DNA of 63,896 nt, filler included, from Pirum gemmata (lineage: Eukaryota): NCBI GenBank assembly GCA_002812295.1. It is 29 parts of 29 records of this genome, joined end to end, with 100 filler letters (N's around TTAATTAATTAA, not from the genome) between each part and the next. Parts side by side here need not be neighbours in the genome. Positions count along the whole stretch, not along the records: positions 48,175 to 51,690 come from PDIN01009960.1; positions 51,791 to 53,740 come from PDIN01009961.1; positions 53,841 to 55,739 come from PDIN01009962.1; positions 55,840 to 57,792 come from PDIN01009963.1; positions 57,893 to 59,841 come from PDIN01009964.1; positions 59,942 to 61,890 come from PDIN01009965.1; 23 more parts are not named here. One strand, written 5' to 3'. How positions within the stretch are numbered: the stretch's first letter is position 1; the number at the start of each line of letters is the position of its first letter. The notes under the pieces were generated by a model, which saw only the letters and a list, made by a program, of their open reading frames with translations, ran no database searches and was not told the origin of the DNA. The position numbers and the translations under genes are program-made. Of this stretch, positions 48,307 through 60,840 are shown piece by piece.

Positions 48307-49781
48307 TTCTTGACTTTATTGACAACAAAATTGACGCTTTGGTAGCATCCGACCCGGGTCAAATGGCAAGTAACTTTTTACCAAAAGTTCAGGGTATGGT
48401 CGAAGTTGCTGTTACCGATTTGGAAAAGAGAAAAACTGGTGGTATCGCTGTTGATTCCACCGACAAAAAGGCTTTACTCAAAGAGTTGAAAAAGAACTTA
48501 CCTCACATCGCAAAGGAAATTGTTGGTACCCAAACCGAATTGTTTGTACAAGTTGAGCATAAATTAGAATCCATCGCTGAACAAGTCATTTCCGGAGAAA
48601 TGAAAAAAGCAGGTGATTTCGATTTCAGTGGTGTTTTGGCCTCCGTTCACAAATTCGGTGACGAATATTACCAACAAATCAAGGGCCCTGAACCTGAGCT
48701 TATTTCTATTCAAGTCGAAGGTAATAAAGCTAACCCTGGTACAAACCAAGATCTTTTTGCCAATGATATTGAGGCCGAGTTTGAACACAAAACAATCATT
48801 GAAATACAAGATTCTCCAAAACATAAATCAGTCGTTGAAGTACAAGATTCTCCAAAACATAAATCAGTCGTTGAAGTACAAGATTCTCCAAAACATAAAT
48901 CAGTTGTTGAAGTACAAGATTCTCAAAGTCTTTTCGATCAAGACTTAGTTTTGCCATTACAAGCATCATCCAAAGCAATGCAAGTGCAAGCTGATACTGG
49001 CGTTTCTTCTGAAATTACTATGTCCATAGACGAAGAAGCTGAAGAATTGGCGGAAATTATGAAAAGCAGGAACAAAAACAAAAAAATCGACATGGATCTC
49101 CTTAAAGAAAAAATTGCTGAAGTAAGAGCTAACAAAGCTGCTGGTGTTTCTGAACAAGTCTTTCATGATAAAATTGCTAAGTACAAAGCTAAAAAAGTTG
49201 CTGATAAAAACAAAGTGAAAGCTTACCAAAAGGATGTTGCTTCTATCAACAACATTGAAACTGGATTAAAAGCCACCCACGCCCATTTGATGAAAAGTAA
49301 CATAGCTCATAAAAACGATATCACAATGAACGAACACTCCAACAAATTTTGGGGAGATCTTAGCCAATATGAAGCAAAACTAGATGCCATGACAAAAAGC
49401 CACATTGCCGATGACCCAACGGCCTCCAAAGACATCATGGACTCCTCCAAGAAAATTCTGAAGAAGTTTCAAGATCTTTCTGCAAAAGAAATTGCTACAG
49501 AAGCAAAGTTAGTTGGAACAGAAGAATCTTTAACTTCCCTTAAGGAGAATGGACCGGCTGAAATGAAAGCTAAAGCCAAAGAAATTTACGACCGTATGAA
49601 GGCTAAATTCGGTCAAGATTGGGAAGATACCGATAACGAGCTTTTCAAAATTATTCGCAAAAAATTCGAGGATAAAGTATCAAAATTAGAAGGTCATGTT
49701 CAAGAGGCTAAGACAGCATTTAAAGAAATCGAACAAGAGGAAGCTGATATTGAATTCGAAATTAATGAACGTCTTGTTTAA
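48307..49781 (+). CDS. Terminal exon of a Lys/Glu-rich helical/coiled-coil protein with a 12-aa tandem repeat (VVEVQDSPKHKS)
   Basis: About 490 open codons after a TAG acceptor at 48304-48306; biased codon usage; TAA stop. Confidence 0.88.
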
Positions 49782-50092
49782 ATTTATCTAGTGCTAAAAC
49801 ATTTTCAGTACTATTAACATTAATTTGTTGATTTTTCTAATTGATCAGTGCAGCAGCATTTTTAATTTTAAATTAATAATATGTGTATTATTAATAAACG
49901 TGAGTTAATATTTTAAAATATTAAAAAAATATTAAAATATTAAAAAATATATTAAAATATGTGTATTATTAATAAACGTGAGTTAATATTTTAATTAAAA
50001 TATTACTTTTATTTATAAGATTAAGATTATAAAAAGATTAAGATTAAAGTTAGCATCCGATTTTGATCATTTAGTACACTACATTGCATTAC

Positions 50093-50178
50093 CTTGGCCG
50101 TTATCAAATCCTTAGGAAAAATCTTATATATCACTTGGTTTTGAATTTGTATTACTTTAGCTTCATTGATTTCCGCAT
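50093..50178 (-). CDS. Possible small exon (AEINEAKVIQIQNQVIYKIFPKDLITAK)
   Basis: Open frame ending at AAG|GTAATG; acceptor obscured by N. Confidence 0.35.
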
Positions 50179-50495
50179 NCACAACCGTAACCGTAACCTT
50201 AACTATAACCATAAATAATAATAATAATAATAACAATAACAATAACAATAACAATAACAATAACAATAATAACAATAACAATAACAATAACAATAACAAT
50301 AACAATAACAGCTTGCATATAACAATAGCAACAACAATAACAACAATAATAATAACAATAAAAATAAAAATAAAAATAACAATAATAATAGCAACAACAA
50401 CAACAACCAACAACAATAACAACAACAACACAACAACAACAACAACAAACAACAAACAACTAACAACACCACCAAACAACAACAACAATAACAGT

Positions 50496-50542
<47 letters not shown>

Positions 50543-50574
50543 NNNNNNNNNNNNNNNNNNNNNNNNNNNNNNNN

Positions 50575-50688
<114 letters not shown>

Positions 50689-50730
50689 AGTACGTATACG
50701 TTAAACGTTATGGTTATAAATGGTTATTAT

Positions 50731-51052
50731 GGTTAGGGTTAAATTAGGCTTCGGGTTAAGGATAGAGTTATTAGGTTTAGGTTTAGGTCTAATTAATGAT
50801 AAGATTATTGGGGTTAGCTATACGTTTAGGGTCAGGACTACGGCTTAGATTATTAGGGTTAGGGATAGGGTTACGGTTAGCTTACTCTAACCCTAACCCC
50901 AACCCCAACCCCCAACCCTACCAACCCTAACCCTAACCCTAACCTAACCCTAACCTAACCCTAACCCTAACCCTAACCTAACCCTAAGTTCCTAACCCTA
51001 ACCCTAATTAACTCTTTATCTAACCACTATCAGTTCCACTATCTAACCCTAA
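50731..51052. repeat. Head-to-head degenerate telomeric arrays meeting at ~50880
   Basis: TTAGGG-like then CCCTAA-like with a TAGCTTA junction. Confidence 0.85.
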
Positions 51053-51373
51053 AAAAGATTCTCAAATAGTCTAGTCTATAAGTAGTCTATAGTAGACTCT
51101 ATACATTCATTTTGAGACCGTTTTGGTTGAACATAGATGTTCAAAGAAAGTTCGGGCTCGTAGACTAATAACACAGTTTTTCTTTTTTGTGAGTGTTAGG
51201 GCTAATTTCGAATCTAATTATTTCGAACTATATGATAATTACTTAAGGGTAGATGACGTAATTTTATGACTTCATTATCGTTAGTGTAATTGACGTAATT
51301 TCGTGGTTCATGTCGTTCACTTTTGGCTTTAGAATTTTTTTGATTAGCAAGTCCTATGATAAGTATGTCTATT

Positions 51374-51421
<48 letters not shown>

Positions 51422-51576
51422 TTATGAGCGTTATTTTTAATATTATTTTTCATGATATTTGCCTAGCAGATATATAATTGCAAAGTTGGTCTCTATTTTT
51501 ATTATCGGTGAATTTAATAAAATTAAGTAAACGAACTTAATCCTTCTTTTCTTTCCCTTAAGAGTAAAAAAAAAAA

Positions 51577-51639
51577 ATGGAGCCTGAAGGCGTTGAAAAC
51601 GATGAACTATATCCTATTGCCGTGTTGATGGATGAGCTG
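51577..51639 (+). CDS. TPD3: First exon of the protein phosphatase 2A scaffold (A/PR65) subunit: MEPEGVENDELYPIAVLMDEL
   Basis: Conserved LYPIAVL.DEL N-terminal signature; A-rich context before ATG; GT donor. Confidence 0.92.
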
Positions 51640-52306
51640 GTTAATGTTTATTATTTATTATTTGTTTGATATTCTTAATATAATAATTAANNNNNNNNNN
51701 NNNNNNNNNNNNNNNNNNNNNNNNNNNNNNNNNNTTAATTAATTAANNNNNNNNNNNNNNNNNNNNNNNNNNNNNNNNNNNNNNNNNNNNATATTATTAT
51801 ATAATATTATATTATTATCATATTATATATTATTATAAAATAAATTATATTACCATACATAATTGAAATATACTATTTATATTTCAATTATTATCATTAT
51901 TATATTATTATAATCAATTATTGTTATTATTGATTATTGTTACAAAAGTTAAGCAAAATGTTATTAATATACTAAATCGAAAAATTTACAACTATAATAT
52001 ACGAACTATAAGAACAACAATAGAATTGTAACCCTGGGCCCAAGTTTCTAATAATATCACATATATATTATATATGAAATTTAAATTATCACAATGTAAA
52101 TTATAATCAGTTTATAAATACTAATAATATACCTGGGATATATAAGTTAGAGTTTTAAGAATTGCCAACTAGTTTAAAAATATATAAATTACTGACTTAA
52201 CTATAACAACTAAATACTATTGAGATTTATAGAATGTGTAGCAAGTTGCATGATTTATTATATCAACAACAAACAGCGACAACTACTTACTACTCCCCCC
52301 CCCCAA

Positions 52307-52358
<52 letters not shown>

Positions 52359-53985
52359 NNNNNNNNNNNNNNNNNNNNNNNNNNNNNNNNNNNNNNNNNN
52401 NNNNNNNNNNNNNNNNNNNNNNNNNNNNNNNNNNNNNNNNNNNNNNNNNNNNNNNNNNNNNNNNNNNNNNNNNNNTTTTTTTTTTTTTTTTTTTTTTGTT
52501 TTTTTTTTTTGGTTTTTTTTTTGGTTTTTTTTTTGAAGTCCTTGGTTTTTTTTATAAAATAATTTTTAATAATCACATGTGAGATGCGATGAAAAAAAAC
52601 TTTCGGCTGTGATACAAATTTATTACAAGCAATATATTTCTTTTTAACTATGATATCAAGCTGGATAAAAATGGCGATACCCTTCAAAAATCCAAAAATC
52701 TCTAAATGACCCAATTTTAATGAAAGTGCTACCAAAGTTTGAAAGATTGTCTAACTAAGAAAACTCTATTATGAATAAATGGCTAGTTTTTAAAAATAAT
52801 TTCGTTGTTAGCATTAAAAAGGCTTTTAAAAAAGTAGTCTAAAAAAAAAATGATTTCAATAGTTTTATCCGACTTCGCTGTTATTAAAAAAAAAAAAAAG
52901 CGATTTTCGTAATTTTTCGCATTTCCTAGGAATCCGATCATTAAGTTATCATTATTATATTATTATACATATATATACACATATATATGTAATGTATTGT
53001 AGGAAGTAAAAAAACAAGGCTGAAAAAGGCATGATTATAACTCGATAAAGGAATCAAACAAAATAATAATAATATATGATTTATTTCTTATAATGTTAAA
53101 TAATTATATTTTTGTTAATATTTAGTCTACAAATTCATTTATAAAAATAGGCTAGCTAGCTAGCTAGTTAGTAGTAGATGTATCATAGTTATTTCACTTT
53201 ATTGGAAGTTAATTTGGAACCCTATCGTTTATGACTCTTTCTTGTTTCAAAAAAAGTTTAAAACTAAAAAAATATCAGATACTCTATGATACACAATTAT
53301 AATACATATTAAAAAAATTGTATAATATAACTATTACATTTTAAAATACAGTGATTATGTGTATAGATAATTTATATATAATTAATATTAATTAATTAAA
53401 TATAGTAAAGATAATATAATATATATAATTGTGTTATTATAGATATTATATTTATTAATTAATATATACTATTATATATAATATAAATATGGATATATTA
53501 TACAAAAGTGCCAGTATTCGCACAACTTTACACTTTTGTCGCATAAAGTGTCTATATACGTTATATAAATGTTAATAAAATCCTTTTAAAATTATAAATT
53601 AAATTTCAAATGTAATATGTAATATAATATTATATTATATAATTTAATATGAGTCCTTTCACATAATTTGTTCGATTTATGAATTTCTCAACGAAATTAA
53701 TAATGTTTTAAAACAATAATGATAATGATAATGATAATGANNNNNNNNNNNNNNNNNNNNNNNNNNNNNNNNNNNNNNNNNNNNTTAATTAATTAANNNN
53801 NNNNNNNNNNNNNNNNNNNNNNNNNNNNNNNNNNNNNNNNTTATTATTTATTATTATTTATTATTATTATTATTTAGAAGTATAGCTTGTAAGTGGCAAT
53901 ATTTCTAGGGTATATAAGTAAGGGATATTTCAAGGTAGAAGGGTTATTATTATTAAATCATTATAAAAAAAGGAAATATAGTAAT

Positions 53986-54019
<34 letters not shown>

Positions 54020-54339
54020 GCTATCAGATACTATAGTGCTTTTCATTTATTTTGTCATTATAAAGTATACAATAAATTGATTTAAAACTGTCAATTTAAA
54101 GATTATAACCCACATATTCGGGGTGATAAAATAAATGAAATGCACGATACTATACTACTGCTACTATCATACAGGTATGCATTATTTCTGCTACTATAGT
54201 GATCTAATATTACTGCTACTACTACTACTACTAAAACTAGCACAAAAAAAGGGGGGATAAAGTAAGGAATATTAATTACATAATTACTTATTTTGATATT
54301 TTATATACTAGCTAGTTTTTTGTATTTTTTATATATTAT

Positions 54340-54945
54340 ATAAAGGGTGAATGAGCTGTGAATGGATAATGTAATAAATTTTTGTAATATAAAATAAGAC
54401 TTGAGACTTTGAAAAAAATTTACGAGCGTTTAAGTTGAAACTAGGTAGGAAGATGGGGAACTTAACTATGGTAGAATACAGGTTTATGGGTTTAGATTTA
54501 ACTTTGGTAAGTTGAATTGTTTGAACTCATATATGGAAATATTTGAGATCATATATGGTATTATTTGAGTTCAATTTCTGGAGTGAAGTTCAGTGAACGG
54601 TTTAATTCGGCACAATGTCATATATGTTTTATTTTTTATATATTATATAAAGGGTGAATGAGCTGTGAATGGATAATGTAATACATTTTTGTAATATAAA
54701 ATAAGACTTGAGACTTTGAAAAAAATTTAGGAGCGTTTTTAAAAGTTGAAACTAGGGTAGGAAGATGGGGAACTAAACTGTGGTAGAATAGGTTTATGGT
54801 TTTAGATTTAACTTCTTTTTTTTTTTTGTGGTATGATATCATAAGTTGAATTGTTTGAACTCATATATGGAAATGCTATAGATCATATATGGTAATATTT
54901 GAGTTCATATATGGAGTGAAGTTCAGTGAACGGTTTGGTTCGACA
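54340..54945. repeat. About 307-bp diverged tandem duplication
   Basis: 54340-54620 is homologous to 54647-54945. Confidence 0.9.
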
Positions 54946-55839
54946 CATATATGTAACTTTTTTATAACATATATGTAATTGCTATATACCATAAAGAGAA
55001 GTATGCAGACTCATAGACATTTTTTAAAAACCTTATTTGTATTTGCTTAACAAAATGGGGCACTGCTTTTTTTTTGCGGTTAAATACAATAATAATATTA
55101 TATTATTACTATTATTATTATGTTATTATAGTGTTATTATAGTCTATTGGTGTTTACAAACGAATACAAAATGGACACGAAAAATTGTTGTGAAAATTTG
55201 CAGATTTTATAACGAATCAAAAGCTCACAAAACTCCACTTGTGTTTTATATTTGTTATTGAACTAATCAAAGCTCACAAAAACTCTACTTTTTTACTATA
55301 TTTTAATTATAATGTTAGGCAATGGGCATTTAATTCTCAGGCTAACTGTATCATTCAGAATGGCTTTGGTATATATAGTAACTTTTGGTAAATTTGTATG
55401 GCTAAGTTACGGTGTGTTATCAAAATGTTCCTATATTTAGTAATCTAGAAAGTTGAAATCCTTAATATAGTAAAACCTATATATTAAGATGCCTTCCATT
55501 GGTACACTGTTACGTTGTTGTATTTTTTTTTTAGTAAAAAAGTTTCAGGATTTTTGTCCAATGCCTTTTTTTATGTATGATATGCATACAATTTATGTTG
55601 ATTTGTGTTTGAAAATGAAAAAAAGTATATCAAGCATAAGTAATTACGCTTGTTTGAATCGTCAAACAGAGGTCGATTTTTTTCGTATCATACCTATAAA
55701 AATAGAGTAAATCGTTTTTTTTTTTTTTTTTTTTTTTTTNNNNNNNNNNNNNNNNNNNNNNNNNNNNNNNNNNNNNNNNNNNNTTAATTAATTAANNNNN
55801 NNNNNNNNNNNNNNNNNNNNNNNNNNNNNNNNNNNNNNN

Positions 55840-56398
55840 AAATCGACAGAGGTAAAAAAGACCTCGGATTCGATTTTTTTGATAAAAAAATCATAAAAAG
55901 TTTACTTATTCTTTTGACATTGATTTAAAAATTCTTATATAATTTACATAATTGGTTAATATCGCTATTCGTATTTCTCTTCTTGTATTCATTATATATT
56001 ATATAAAAAAGTAAGGTATTATTGTAGATATTCTTAAATTTTTTTGTGACATAAACTTGACTACCGAAGTAAATGTTTTTTTCATTAAAATCGCAATTCA
56101 TTGATAGCTCTCCAGCACATTTTCCCACAAATTTTGTAAATTATTACACTTAAAAAAATGTTGAAATTTCTCTTCTTTTTCTCCTCTTTCGAAAGTTTTT
56201 CCACAACTACATGGAACAAAAACAGGTCCTATAGATCTGTGTAAAATTTTAAAGCTAAATTCTCTTATTTGTTGTTTCTGATGACCTATTTTATCTTTTC
56301 TTTTTTGTATCATATTCTTCCATTGTTGTACATCTTGTACATCCCAGGATTAAATTGTTCTATTTTCATTAGCAGTATTTATTCTTAATTTAATATTT
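55840..56398 (-). mobile_element. 3' end of an L1/Tx1-like non-LTR retrotransposon (ORF2 C-terminal zinc finger FKILHR...CSCG...E...HFFKC...W) plus 3' UTR
   Basis: zf-RVT-like CCHC motif; frameshifted. Confidence 0.72.
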
Positions 56399-56423
56399 NN
56401 NNNNNNNNNNNNNNNNNNNNNNN

Positions 56424-57792
56424 TTTTTTTTTTTTTTTTTTTTTCAAGAAAGATTTTTTAATACAAATTAATAAATCGAAGGAGGTTACAAAATAAATCC
56501 TCAATCTTCGATTTTTACATACAAAAAACCGTAAAAAATGGATATTATTATTGCATAGATTAATTATAGTACTTAATTATTTGTATATAATTCACAAATT
56601 TCGTCTATGACATCTTCATTGACATAATCTTATTTTTTACACTTTCTATATATCATATAATGTAATTTTGTATATTTAACTAGATTTTTAACTCTTTTTA
56701 ATTTTAGTTCCTTATTGCCGAAACATGTGGTATCCATGCTTGTTGCAATTTTCTTGCGCAGATTGCCCAGATTGTCCAGATTTCTTTGAAATTTCTGCAT
56801 TCAAAATTGTGTTCAAATTTTTCTTTTTTTTTGGTTATGATTAAATTCTTTTCCACAATAATTACAGGGGATAAAGGATGGCTCTATTGCTTGCATTAAT
56901 ATTTTCAAACTATGTTCTTGTATATATTTTGGTTGATATTTCAATATTTTCCTTCTTTCATTCACAAATTTTTTCCATTCTTTTTCGTCATTAACTGTCC
57001 ACATTTGTATTATTTTAGTATTGTTTTGTTCATTTTGTTTTAGCATATTATTATAATATTTTCCTTCTTTCATTCACAAGTTTTTTCCATTCTTTTTCGT
57101 CATTAACTTTCCACATTTGTATTATTTTAGTATTGCTTTGTTCATTTTGTTTTAGCATTTTATAAGCATTTTTGATATCTTCTGATGGTTATGTTATTGG
57201 AAGCTGTTACTTTTTTTAGATTTTTTTCTATACTTATTTTTAATATTTTTTCGTTTTGTTGTTGTGCTTTAATTTCATTACCCATAAAAACTCCTAAACA
57301 TTTGAAAGTTTCAGACTTTACGTTGATTGTTGTTATTTCAGGGTAGTTTGGGATATTTTCAAATAGAAACCACAAATAAATACAAATATAAACAGGAAAA
57401 TTATATGTTTGATTGGGTTAGAGCCTTTAATCAAGCTATTAAAGATAGAATCCTTAAGTATAATAGAACAAAAGCAACAAGAACAATTAATTTGAGATCA
57501 GATTTTAATTTTTCTAAAGTTATTTTTGATTTCGTTTATTTTTCTAAAACCTTTTGTTTTTTCTCTTTGATTTTTGTAATTATTTGTTGTGCTTTTTATA
57601 ATCAATTTCAAATGGTTCCATTTTTCAGATAGTGTTGTGAATTTTTTCATTTTTGTTTTTTATATACATTGATGTTTTTTATTATCATATTTACATGTGC
57701 TTCATCTTCTAATAGTTCATCTTGAATTCTTGTTCTACTACTGGCTATTTCTTCTGGGTTTTTGTTTGTTAAGGTTATATAAATTAAATTGT
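56424..57792 (-). mobile_element. Second, diverged and internally deleted L1/Tx1-like element: linker (WNHLKLIIK), RT thumb (FKCLGV), zinc finger (CNYCG...H.F.C...W), 3' UTR and poly(A)
   Basis: Motif order matches LINE ORF2; T-run at 56424-56444 is poly(A) on the minus strand. Confidence 0.72.
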
Positions 57793-59941
57793 NNNNNNNN
57801 NNNNNNNNNNNNNNNNNNNNNNNNNNNNNNNNNNNNTTAATTAATTAANNNNNNNNNNNNNNNNNNNNNNNNNNNNNNNNNNNNNNNNNNNNATGCACAT
57901 ATCGAAAAAAAACGCTACAAAAAACGTTGTAAAAACTTTTATAAAACCTCATTTTTTTTTTTTTTTTTTTTATATTATACTAATTGGGAGGGGGACAGTT
58001 TTTTTTTTTTTTATATCATACTAATTGGGAGAGGGACAAATTTTTTTTTTTTCCTTAAAAAATTAATTTATTGCGTTATTCAGATGACATCAAAAAAAAA
58101 AGCAAGGTGTTATGAAACCACTCAGAAATAACAGCTGATTAGAGATCCTTAAAAAATGCCATGGAAGCACATCCTCTAATTATTAGCTTAGGATTGTATC
58201 GATTGCTGATTGCCATTAGCTCGAGCAACGAACCGGTTTTTAAAGAGTATTGTTTAACTATTACTTCATTTAGCAGTACGGTTTCCATATATAGTAACTA
58301 TAGGACTGGTCCAATCATATTATTTAGTAATTTTAACGTTTGAACTTTTATATTTGTAAGTACAAACTTTTTATTTTTACGTGTTCGAGTCGAGTAATCC
58401 CACAGAGTTGATCAATAGTGTGCTGTGATAGGTCTGTGATAGGAGTAGCAGTAGACTGTACACTAAAAAAATATCTAGACCAAACTTGATTAGTCTGTTA
58501 CCCTAGCCAGTAGAAGTGGCACTTTGTAACTTACAAATCCAATTTAACCCATGCATCGGCTGGTTGCCATGCTTGCTGTTGTGGCCTGTAATGGGTATAA
58601 ATAGTGTATAAATAGACCCCGAGAATCCCCAAGCATGAGTTTCATTCCTCGGGTCTGCTTCAATTACCTTTTTTATTATTTTTTTCATTTTTCATTCCCT
58701 GAAATAATAATAATAAACGGTCTAACCTCATTATCTTTTGTTTATTATGATACAAATAATATTACAATAGTATTACAATAATAAGTTGTAAATTATTGTA
58801 AACAAACAAAACATTAAATTTAATATCAATTCAATTCACTTTTAAAAAATTTAATTTTTAAATTAATAATGTATTTCGTGTTCACAATCTATTTGTAAAA
58901 CACCAAGGAGTTCAAGAAAAAAAAAATTCTTGAAAACACTCAAACAAAACTGCTTCTAAAGGCTCACTCATAGTGTATGTACTACAATGTACTATAAAGG
59001 CTCACTCATAGTGTATGTACTACAATGTACTACAGAGCACTATCATACGGTTCATACCATTAGAAATTATTATTATTATTATTATTATTATTCAACATAA
59101 AAATAATAGTAAAATAATTATAAATTATTTTTTTTTTTAATAAAAATCTTTGGAGTCTTGGACCTCAGCCGTATGTTTTTTATACAGGTTTTTCGTTTTT
59201 TTGTAGACTAAATCTACCTGCCTAGTTTACAATATCCACTATCATAGTATTTAAAAAAAAAAATACTTGACAGAATTAATTTTTTTTTATTTTTTTTCAT
59301 ATCACATGTTTGTTATCACAGTGTGGTTGGTATCAGAAGTTTTTTATTCTATAGCTAGAGTTTTTATTATTACTCAATTTAGGTGATGGTAGTCTTAGTT
59401 GGTCTCCTTATTAGTTAGCTAGCTAGAATAGAAGTAGAAGTAAAATCACTGTAGAGTAGACTCAATAGGGGTCTTTTTCAAATTTTTCAAATTTTTTTAA
59501 TAAAAGTATTTAGAGCTTATTTTCATTAATAATATTATCATATACCTTTCTTTGCAAATTGAGAAATCAGTACAACGTTTATTATTATAAATAGCTCTTT
59601 TCATTGGTATACCATAATAATTATAGTAAACCGATTACATATAGAAAGTGTTAGTCATACATACACTACAATTTGGCACAACTCTCCAGTCTAGCTAGAG
59701 CTAACCCTAACCCTAACCCTAACCCTAACCCTAACCCTAACCCTAACCCTAACCCTAACCCAAATAGTTACAAGGTTGTACAATAACTTACAAGTTACAA
59801 CTTACAAGTTACAACCGAAACAAAAAAAAAATCACGAAGGGNNNNNNNNNNNNNNNNNNNNNNNNNNNNNNNNNNNNNNNNNNNNTTAATTAATTAANNN
59901 NNNNNNNNNNNNNNNNNNNNNNNNNNNNNNNNNNNNNNNNN

Positions 59942-60117
59942 GAGCAACTAATGATTTTTTGTTAGGAAAGGACGTTAGTTTAATACAAATGGATGGAAGG
60001 TGGAAATCAAAAAAGAGTTTTGATAAGTACATTGATGTAGCCAGAGTAAGAATGAATGAGGTGAAAGTTCCAGATGATTTACTGAGAAGAATGAGAATGG
60101 TAGGTGAAAACAAATAA
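59942..60117 (+). mobile_element. C-terminus of a tyrosine recombinase (GAT...IQMDGRWKSKKSFDKYI), DIRS/Ngaro-type retroelement or Crypton
   Basis: GAT-x(13)-GRW-x-S-xx-F-xx-Y catalytic box; this part is too short for the ORF track. Confidence 0.82.
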
Positions 60118-60840
60118 AATTTTTTAGTTGAGGCCATTCAATACGGAGGTTGGGGTTTTTGGGCCTGAGCTGCGGATTTGGACTCAGCCCCAGACCTTGT
60201 CCAATTCTAGGCCGACAACTTTAGATAGAGTTAGGGTAGGTGAGTGTAGGTGGTCAAGGAAGAAAAGAAAAAAACAAGAAAAGTAATAAAAAGAAAATAC
60301 AAAATTGGATTTTATAAGAATAAAATTTATGGGCAATTTTATTAAATTTTGTTGTAAAAGTTGTTACCCCAAACTCCAATGTAAAGTTTATTATTATTGT
60401 ACAGAATTAAGTTTAACTAATTAAGCAGATTTAAATTTTATAATAAGTATTAATAGTTTATTTTCCTAGAACTTTTTTCTTTTGTTTTGTTTATTATATA
60501 TGTTTGTTTGTTTATTCGTTTGGAATACCAGATTTTTAATTGATGAAAGTTACTATAAATAATAATAATAATTAATGTTATAATATTAAGTAGATTCAAA
60601 TTTTATAATAAATATAATATTTTAACACTTTATTTTATTAGAATTTTTTTCTTTTGTTTGTTTGTTTGTTTGTTTGTTTGTTTGTTCGTTTAAAATACCA
60701 GATTATTAATTGGTAAAAAGTTACTATAAATAATAATAATAATTAAATTAAAATGTTATAATGTACTAAAACATTATACAACAAAATTCAAATTAATCTT
60801 CTAAAGTTGAACCATCATATACTTTCGTTACGAGCATTAG

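Noticed and set aside
44301..49781. Apparent cluster of secreted-protein genes (MCO, crystallin-CBM1, coiled-coil protein)
   Set aside because: The genes lie on different fragments separated by artificial linkers, so adjacency is meaningless
51250..51305. TGACGT (CRE-like) motifs upstream of the PP2A-A exon, also near 8287 and 35962
   Set aside because: Plausible promoter elements, but too short to support without statistics
58140..58690. Coding-like GC-richer blocks
   Set aside because: Stops in all plausible frames and no recognisable family
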